Shown piece after piece: positions 55,320 to 64,000 of a DNA stretch of 64,000 nt. Below the pieces are notes generated by a model that was given only the letters and a program-made list of their open reading frames with translations, was not told the origin of the DNA and did no database searches. Position 1 is the stretch's first letter, and each line of letters opens with the position of its first letter. The translations under genes and the position numbers were made by a program. Location of the stretch: contig OX597817.1 of the NCBI GenBank assembly GCA_951406725.2, forward strand, positions 3,472,001 to 3,536,000. The letters run 5' to 3'. The stretch comes from Octopus vulgaris (taxonomy: Eukaryota).

Positions 55320-56001
55320 TGTAGTTCTTTCGTCTTTCTCTCCTTTCTTCTTTCCCTTCCTCTGCGATCTTTCTTTCTTCGCTTTCCTTTCTTCTCTGTT
55401 TCTTCCTCTTCTTCTCCTTCTTCTTCTTCTTCCCCGTTTCCTTCTCCTTCTTCTTGTTTTTCTCTTCCTCTTCTTTGTTCTCCTTCTTTTTTTTTCTTCT
55501 TCTTTTGCTACCGTTCTTTTACTTGTCCTTCTTTCTCTATTTCATTTTTTCTTTTTTCACTCTAATACTTCTACTACTTATTCTGCAATGCCACCCCACA
55601 CCACCCGCTCTTTTTTTTTTGTTTAAAGTCACACTTTTGTCATTTGAATGTTCAGTTTTGATATGTCTGTCTGGCTTTGTTATTGTTATTGTTTATAATA
55701 GACTTATTATTTGTTTTGTAATGCAAGTAATGTTGTCAGTGAAGTTGCAGTTTGTTGCAGTTGTTGTTGTTATTGATGATGCGTTTAATTACATAAAGAT
55801 ATTTATAAGTTGTAAATGTTTTTTCTCTCTTAGTAGTTGTTGCTTCTGTTGTTGTTTTGTTATTACTGGTGCATGTTGTGGTGTTGGGTGTGGCAGATAT
55901 AGCTGCATGTGCACTGATTGTTGCAATTCCAGTTGTGAATGCAGTTGTTGTGAATGCAGTTGTAGCTGTGGTTGGTGTGGTGGTGATTGCAGAATTTGAG
56001 G

Positions 56002-56036
<35 letters not shown>

Positions 56037-56623
56037 GCTGCTGCAGTCGTTGTTGTTGTTGTTGTTGTTGTTGTATTCGTTGTTGTTGTTGTTGTTGCTG
56101 CTGCTGCTGCTGTTGTTGTTTTTGTTGTGATTTGGGTATTGGGTGTTGTTGCAAGTTGTGTCTCAATTCTCCTCCGTTTTGGTGCCTGCAACTTTTCTCT
56201 CTATCCATTTGGCCAATGTTTTATCTGCTGCACTGCCTTCACTTGCAAACTTGCATGCAACTTTCTGTGCCTGCTCTTCTTTATAATGCATGTTGCTGCA
56301 TACCATAGCAGTGTTGTGCTTTTGTTCTTGAACTTTAACCCTTCTGCTTTGTTCCCCACTCCTTGCTACCTTCATTGCACATATGTACACTGAACATTCA
56401 GGCACACAAATGCATGCATATGCACATTTATGCACATATCTGCACACTTCTCTTTTATACCATCTCTATCTCTCTATCTTCCTCTCTCTCTCCCTCATTC
56501 TCTCCTCTCTTCCTCCTCTTTTAACACTTTATCTTTCTTCTCTTTTTCTCTCTTTCATTTCTTTATTTCTTTCACTTTCTTCTTACTTACATGTTTAAAA
56601 TTCTTCCTCTTCCTCACTCTCTT

Positions 56624-56664
<41 letters not shown>

Positions 56665-57704
56665 CTCACATCTCTACACCTCTCTTGCACTTCTTTGTTT
56701 TTCTTTTTGCATCCACTCTCTTTCCTTTTACACGATCTTACCCTCATCTTCCAATTTTCTCTCTCTTCTCTTTCTTTATCTTTTTCTATGAGTCTTCGTT
56801 TTTCTGCTTGTTTTCTTTTGTTTTTCTTTCTACCTCTTTCATTACCCCTGTGTCTCTTCTTCACTATTTCATCTTTCTTTCACTTTGTTTACTTTTCTCC
56901 CTCTATCTCTTTTTTTTTCTTTCAATAAATTCTTTCGTCTTTTTCTTGTTCATCCTTTTAATCCTCAGTTTCTTTTTGCTTCTTCATTCATCCTTCATTC
57001 TTCCTTCCTGATTTCATTTTCCTTCCATTTTACTTCTCTCTTTCCCCCTGCTTCATCTCTAATTTTTTCTTTCATTTTCCTCTCACTTCTTTTCACTCTC
57101 TTTCTTAGTTTTTTCCTTCTTTCCATTTTATTTTTTCTTTGTTTTTATTTCTTTCATTCTTCAAAACACTTTTCCTTCAAAATCCTTCTCCTACATTCTC
57201 CCTTCTTCTTTCTTTCAATTCCTTCCTTTTCTTTCTTCCTCAGTTTTGTGTCTCCTTCTATTTTTATCCTTCTATTTCTCTCTATCCTCCCTCTCACACC
57301 ATCTCTTTCCTCCATCATTCCTCCCTCTTTAATCTCCATCTTCTCAGTCTCTCTCGCCTCCTCTCTCTCCCTCTCTTCCCACCATTCCAGCCTCTATCTG
57401 TTGCTTTTACTCTATTCCTTCTATTTCTTTCTTTCTTTCATTTTCCTCTATCTCATCACTATTTCTTCTTAGCTCTATCTTTAAATTTTGATTCTCTTTT
57501 TCTCATTCCTCCATTCTCTCATTCTCTCTCTCACCATCTCTCTCTCATTCCCTCTCTCACCATCTCTCTCTCATTCTCTCTCTCATTCTCTCTTTCCATC
57601 TCTCTCTCTCCATCTCTCTCTCATTCTCTCTCTCACTCCATCTCTCTCTCACTCCATCTCTCTCTCACTCCATCTCTCTCTCTCTTCAATTACCACCTTT
57701 TCCC

Positions 57705-57779
<75 letters not shown>

Positions 57780-58050
57780 TTCTTTCCTTCCTTCCTTCTT
57801 TCCTCTTACATGCAAGATCTCTTTTCCCTTCTCTTTCTTTTCTCATTCTCTCCCTTCCTTACATTATATTTCTGTCTTTCTTCCCTACCGTTTCTCTACA
57901 GAATTTTCCCTTTCTCTTTTTCACATCCCCCATCTCATTCCATTTCTTTCCTCTCTTTTATCCCCCTTATACTTTCAGATTTCTTTTCCTTTCTTCATTT
58001 TCCTTCTCAATCTCCACCCTCTCCCTCCTTTATCCCTTTTCTCTTTGTAA
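55320..58050. repeat. Long pyrimidine-rich low-complexity region with a (GTT/GCT)n block at 55740-56160 and (CTTT)n at 57707-57790
   Basis: Directly visible. Confidence 0.9.
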
Positions 58051-58084
58051 TTTCATATTTTTCCCGTCGCACTTTTTTTCCATT

Positions 58085-58584
58085 TTCAAATATTTCTTCC
58101 TGGATATGAAGTTTGTTTGCAACCATGTGGTTCTGGGTTTGATCTCATTGTACAGCAGTTGGGCAAGTATCTTCTACTCTCATGTCAGCTTGACCTGCAT
58201 GTTGTCAGTGAAATTTAGTAGACAGGAACTGTGTTGAAGCCCATTGTATGTGTGTATGTGTGTGTGTGTGTGTGTATGTTTCTATATATACTTATATACA
58301 TACACACACATGTATATACATATATACGTACACTTATATACACATATATACATATGTATTTATGTATATATATATTTGTATGTATATATATGTGTGTGTG
58401 TGTGCATGTGTATGTCTGTATATATATGTATATATATTTATATACACACATATATATATACATATATATATATGTATATATATGTATGTATATATATATA
58501 TGTATATATATATGTATATATATGTATGTATTTATATATATGTATATATATATGTATATATATATAATATATATATATATATAC

Positions 58585-58619
<35 letters not shown>

Positions 58620-58665
58620 CATACATATATATACATATATATATGTATATATATGTATATATATA

Positions 58666-58714
<49 letters not shown>

Positions 58715-59140
58715 TTATAGATATACTCTTACACTTTTACATGTATCAGTCATTAGAGTGCAGCCTTACTGAAAAACTGCCTTGAAGGGTTTAGTCACTC
58801 AAACTTACCCCAATATTTGTTTTCAGTTCTGGTACACATTCTGTCAGTTTCTTTTTGCTGAACTACTAAGTCACAGTGTTGTATGATTATCAGTTGTTAA
58901 GTAGTATGAAGTACAAACACAAATACACACACATGTACACACACACACACATGCACTCACACAGACACACATGCACACCTACACACAAGCATACCCATAC
59001 ACACATCTATATTGGGCCTCAACACAGATTTTGTCTACCAAATTCATTCAGGAGGGGTCAGTTGGCTCGGGCCTTTAATTAGAGGCACAAACCTAATGAG
59101 CTGTACAGTGGGACTACAACTAAAAGCCACATGTTTTTGA
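58085..59140. mobile_element. Two old family B SINE remnants (plus-strand head 58085-58250; minus-strand copy 58740-59140) around a TA-rich tract
   Basis: aaccatgtggttctgggttt..tgggcaagtatcttctact; gtctaccaaattcattca..cagtgggact blocks. Confidence 0.6.
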
Positions 59141-59970
59141 AATGAACAGAGATTAATTATCAGTGAGTAATAAATTTTGCTAAGAGTAGTTCGTTAAAAT
59201 ACCTTGAAGAAGCCCACCCTTGGTGAAACTTTATCAATAAGTCGCCCAAGTTTTTTTTTGTTTTTGTTTTTGTAATGTATAAAATGTAAATACTTAAGTT
59301 TATGATTTGTATTTAGTTCTTCATCAGATAATTCCTCAACTGATGATATTGCATCGCTCTACAAGTTATATACACGCATGTGTATGTGTGTCTGTGTTTG
59401 TTTACACTCGCCTGAAAGCCATCGCTGTTGTTTATGTAGCGTTCTTTTAAGACCTGTAACTTATATAAAGATTGCTAAAAAAGAAGTACCAAAGTGATTT
59501 AAGTACCAGGGTCAAGGTGTTCAATTAAAATCTCTGAAGGCCGATTCCCTAGCATGGATACAGACTAATCACTAAGTTGTAAATGACTACTTATTTCCAT
59601 CCCCACCCCCGTCTTCAACTTTTACCCCATTCATATTTTGCTACTCTCATATTCTCTCTCTCTCTCTCTTTCTTCCTTAGACTGTTTTTTTGGTTCTCTT
59701 TCTCTACTTTCTTTGAGCTTTCACTCTTTTTATTCATTCTCCCTTTCGCTACATTTACTTCTCTTTTGTTATTCTCCTCCTTCACTCTTTTTCTTATACT
59801 TCTCCCATCTCACTTTCAATCACATTTCTCTCATTCTTCCCTTTTTACCCCTTATCTTATCTCTCTTTCCCTCTCTCCTTCTCTCTCTCTCACTCTCTCT
59901 TTTTAACTCACTCTTTTTAAAGCTGTTTTCACTCTAATTTTTCTTTATCTTTCTTTATTTTTTATTTTTA

Positions 59971-60590
59971 ACTTGTTTCAGTCATTTGACTGTGGCCATG
60001 CTGGAGCACCGCCTTTAGTCGAGCAAATTGACCCCAGAGCTTATTCTTTGGAAGCCTAGTACTTATTCTATCGGTCTTTTTTGCTGAACCGCTAAGTAAC
60101 GGGGACTTAACCCTTTAGTATTCGCATTATTCTGCCAAAATTAATCCTTTTTTATCCAAATTGTTTTGAACTGATCATGCATTATCTTGTAGCTATGAGA
60201 TTTTGATGAGGTAGCTGTTCATTTTTAAAACGATATTGTAGGGTTGGTGTGAGAGACCAGATCTGGCCAGCCTGAACATAAAACAGGCAGAATACTTTTG
60301 GCCGGATATGGCCAGTTTAAATGCTAAAGGGTTAAACAAACCACCATCGGTTGTCAAGTGATGTTAGTGGTGGGGGGACAAACACAGACACACAAACACA
60401 CACACACACACACGTACATATATATACGATGGACTTCTTTCAGTTTTCCATCTACCAAATCCACTCACAAGGCTTTGGTCAGCCTGAAGCTATAGTAGAA
60501 GTCACTTGGCCAAAGTGCCACGCAGTGGGACTGAACCCAGAACCATGTGGTTGGTGAGCAAGCTACTTACCATACAGCCACTCCTGCGCC
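59971..60590 (-). mobile_element. SINE family B, full length, interrupted by a piggyBac MITE
   Basis: Family B consensus on both sides of 60111-60331. Confidence 0.9.
60111..60331. mobile_element. piggyBac-type MITE (221 bp)
   Basis: TTAA at 60107-10 and 60332-35; TIRs CCCTTTAGTATT / AATGCTAAAGGG. Confidence 0.9.
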
Positions 60591-61140
60591 TATATCTCTT
60601 TCCTTGATATTTTTCCTTTTTTCTTTCTCTCTGTTCTTTTATTCTTTTCTTTTTCTCTTTCCCTTGCTCTCTTTCCAACTCACTATTTCTCATTTTCACC
60701 ATCACTTTTCGTTCACCCTCTTTCATCTTCTCTTTCTCTCACTCTTTCTCTGTTTCACCTAATCCGCTTTTCTCCTTCTTTCCTTGCAGTTATTCTTTGT
60801 CCAGTCTCATTCTAAACTTCTTTTTTACCTTCATTACTCCTCTACCTCTTCTTTTCTTTCCTCTCCTTCTTACACATTATTTCATTCTTTCTACCACTTT
60901 TTCTCTCCTTCTTTCAGCTTCTCTCACTCTCTCTTCTCTTTATTTTCTTTATTTTCCCATTATAGCTACTGCTTTGCTTTGCACTCTTTCATTTTTTCCC
61001 TCTCCCCATTCCTCACTCTCTGCTTCTCTTCCTCTTTTTCTAATATATCTTTTCTCTCCTTTTTTATATTTCATCTTTTGGTCACTTTTTCTCTCTCTTT
61101 CTTTACATCTATTAAAAAAACACAAATTCCACTTACCATA

Positions 61141-61212
<72 letters not shown>

Positions 61213-61368
61213 AGTTAATTTTTGGGCTCAAAAAGCAAAAAGCAAGGCCATGTAGGGCCATATATATTCTTTCTCATTCTTTCACATTATTTCATTCACA
61301 CTTTCTATCTTCAAAACTCACTTTCCTGTCATTTGCTTTTTCCACTCCCTCTTTCAAAAATTTAATTG

Positions 61369-61369
61369 A

Positions 61370-61460
<91 letters not shown>

Positions 61461-61490
61461 CCTATCTATCTACCCATCTATCTATCTATA
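61369..61490. repeat. (CTAT)n microsatellite
   Basis: Directly visible. Confidence 0.95.
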
Positions 61491-61673
61491 TTTTTCTATC
61501 TGACTATCTGACTGCTTCTGGGCCTGTCTGCCTGACTGTCTATCTGTGAATGAAGTCATACAAGCATATATACATATGTTCATTTATATGAGTACATATG
61601 TATGTGTGTGTGTGTATACGAGTGTATACATGTGCCTGTGTGTATATATATATATGTATGTATATACTAGCTT

Positions 61674-61977
61674 GGAGGCACAATGGTCCAGTGGTTAGGG
61701 CAGCGGACTCGCGGTCGGAGGATCACGGTTTCGATTCTCAGACTGGGTGTCGTGTGTGTTTATTGAGCGAAAACACCTAAAAGCTCCACGAGGCTCTGGC
61801 AGGGGGTCGTGGCGACCCCTGTTGTACTCTTTCGCCCCAACTTTCTCTCACTCTCTCTTCCTGTTTCTTGAGTAACACTGCAATGGACTGGCGTCCCGTC
61901 CAGCTGGCAGGAACACATACACCACAGAAACCGGGACCATGAGCCTTGCTAGGTTTGAAAAGGGCAACGTTTATCGT
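61674..61977 (+). mobile_element. SINE family C
   Basis: tRNA-like head, gactggcgtcccgtccag block; 13-bp TSD TATATACTAGCTT at 61661-73 and 61978-90. Confidence 0.9.
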
Positions 61978-62819
61978 TATATACTAGCTTAAAAGTCACC
62001 TGATAGGGTGGCCTTTAAGCCGGCCCCTGTGAAGAGCTCTCCATTAGGCCTTGGGTCCAACAATGACACTTCATGCATTGAGTACATATTAAACTTTATT
62101 AAACTTGAACAAAATTTTCCAGGCAAAGAGCAATTTTCATCAAAACAATGATATAATTTGTTGACTTGGAACTTATTGCAAAACTACATTATAAACAACA
62201 GAACTACCACCATCACCAAAACATCCACCATACACACACCATTCAGACATCTGATGCCACCACCATCAATACCTTTCACTTCGCCATCTTCCCCTCCACC
62301 ACCATCACCATTGTCTTTCATATCGCATACTCTCAGCATCATCCCTGACTGCCTTGGCTATTACCACCATCACCATCATCACCGCTGCCTCTGCCTCTAT
62401 CAGAACTACAGCTCATACTCTTACTATCACTACATTACTATCACAAAAAAGCTAAATGTGTGTGTTCGTTCAGTATGTTAGTTCAGTATTCAGTCCCTCT
62501 TTCTCTCACATACCCACTCTCTTTCTCTCTCACTTATTATTGCTCCCACTGCCACCATCAACTATACTACTTTTAATAAAACATCATCAATTTTTCCTAA
62601 ATTTGTCTCTCTTTCTCTCCCTCTCTTTTTCTTTCTCTCTCTCACTCTGTCTGTCTTTGCCATCGCCTTCACTGTCTCTACACCTACTATCATTCTCACT
62701 CCAGCATGAGCATTAGTAGAAGTCTCATTGAATAGTGAGAGAGGGAGTCAAAGTGTGACACACTGACACACAGAAGTTAGCTTTTGCATTTATTTACATT
62801 AGATATATATAGATACATA

Positions 62820-64000
62820 TTGGATCATCCCATAAATAATGCAGTTGTTTCAATTGCATGAACTAAAAGTCAGAGTGGGATGAGATAATCTACCTGCATC
62901 AACTTGCTGTAAAAGCAGGTAGTAATTTTACCGTGAGCTTATTCTTAGTGCAAGTTTTGAAGAGTGCAATTCGATTTTAACAGTTATTTTTTCAATGCAA
63001 TTAGGGAAATGACAAAGGAGCATATTTGGAATATTTTGCTTTATGAGTTCAATAAAGGTAACAATGCAACGGAAAGCGCAAGGAATATTAATGCAGTATA
63101 TGGGGATCAGACAATAGTTCCAGAAATTCAGAGCTGAAAACTACAGCCTAGAAGATAAGCCTTGTCCTAGAAGATCTGTAGAGCTCGATGAGGATGTCCT
63201 GCAAACCCTGGTGGAACAAAATCTTATTGTAACCATTGAGGAACTAGCAGAGAAGCTTGGATTTTGTCATTCAACCATTCATCGACAACTCTATGCCATC
63301 AAAAATGTTAGCAAATTGGGTCAGTGGGTTCCTCACAAACTTTCTGAGTCTACTTGCATGCAGAGAGTGAATTTATGTTCTTCTTTGCTGTCACATCTTA
63401 TGAATGAACCTTTTTTAGAACCGAATAGTAACTGGTGATGAGAAATGGGTTCTCTAAAAATGTCAAGTGCTGAATACAGTGTGTAGGGAAAGGAACAACA
63501 CCAGTACTCCAAGAAGATCTTCATTCACATAAGGAGTTGTTGTCTGTTTGGTGGATATGAAAGGTTTAGTCCACTTTGAACTTTTATACCCAAACCAAAC
63601 AATAACAAAGACGATATACTGTGAGCAGCTTGAGTGGCTTAAGTCAGTGCTAGAAAAAAAAGACTGACCATCTTTGGTTTCAAGATGACAGGTGTTCTAT
63701 CAGGATAATGCTTGGCTACATACTGCGAGGTAAACATTCCAAATGCTGGAGCAGTTTGAATGGGAAATGATGTCCCACCCACCATATTTGCTGGACATTA
63801 CCCCATCTGATTCTCATTTCTTCCACAGTCTTCAAAATCGTTTGGATGGAAAAAATATGAATTCTATAGATGAGGTGAGAACAGTACTGAAGGAGTACTT
63901 TACATCACACACAAGTGAAATTTAGAAGAAGGGCCTTGCAAGTCTACCAGACAGATGGAAAAGCATTGTAGAAAATGAAGGAGAGTTTATTTTAGATTAA
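62820..64000 (+). mobile_element. Mariner (DD34D) transposon with pseudogenised transposase; right TIR lies beyond the window
   Basis: TA then ttggatcatcccataaataatgc end; TIEELAEKLG HTH, GQWVPHKL, IVTGDEKWV, QDNA-34 aa-D with HPPYLLDITPSD; several stops/frameshifts; ORF stop at 64000. Confidence 0.93.

Noticed and set aside
56430-58237. Long F/L/S-rich ORFs that look like membrane proteins (also 17848-18954, 59583-61213)
   Set aside because: Stop-poor polypyrimidine tracts; overlapping frames all open
63000-64000. SETMAR-like domesticated gene or active transposase
   Set aside because: Multiple stops and frameshifts, no SET domain; ordinary dead mariner

Overview
AT-rich eukaryotic non-coding DNA (intergenic or a very large intron), almost entirely made of repeats. 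The SINE repertoire and the extreme (TA)n/(TATC)n/(CA)n density point to an octopus or other coleoid cephalopod genome (inference from pattern recognition, not a database match). No intact host gene, rRNA or true tRNA is supported; nearly all listed ORFs are microsatellite translations. Recognisable content: at least five SINE-like families (many with clean target-site duplications, several nested), decayed non-LTR retrotransposons (R4/Dong-type with restriction-like endonuclease, RTE, L1/Tx1, L2/CR1-like), two mariner elements, a maT/Tc1-like relic and a piggyBac MITE. The most interesting signal is a set of unrelated short non-coding elements, mostly sitting inside (TA)n tracts and often with inverted duplications, that carry minimal type-I hammerhead ribozyme folds like those of Penelope-like elements. 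One family has a G3:C8 swapped catalytic core in three copies, two families have CCGAUGA cores, and one element joins a tRNA-derived head to a hammerhead-like tail. Coordinates were read by eye; edges of old repeats are approximate.
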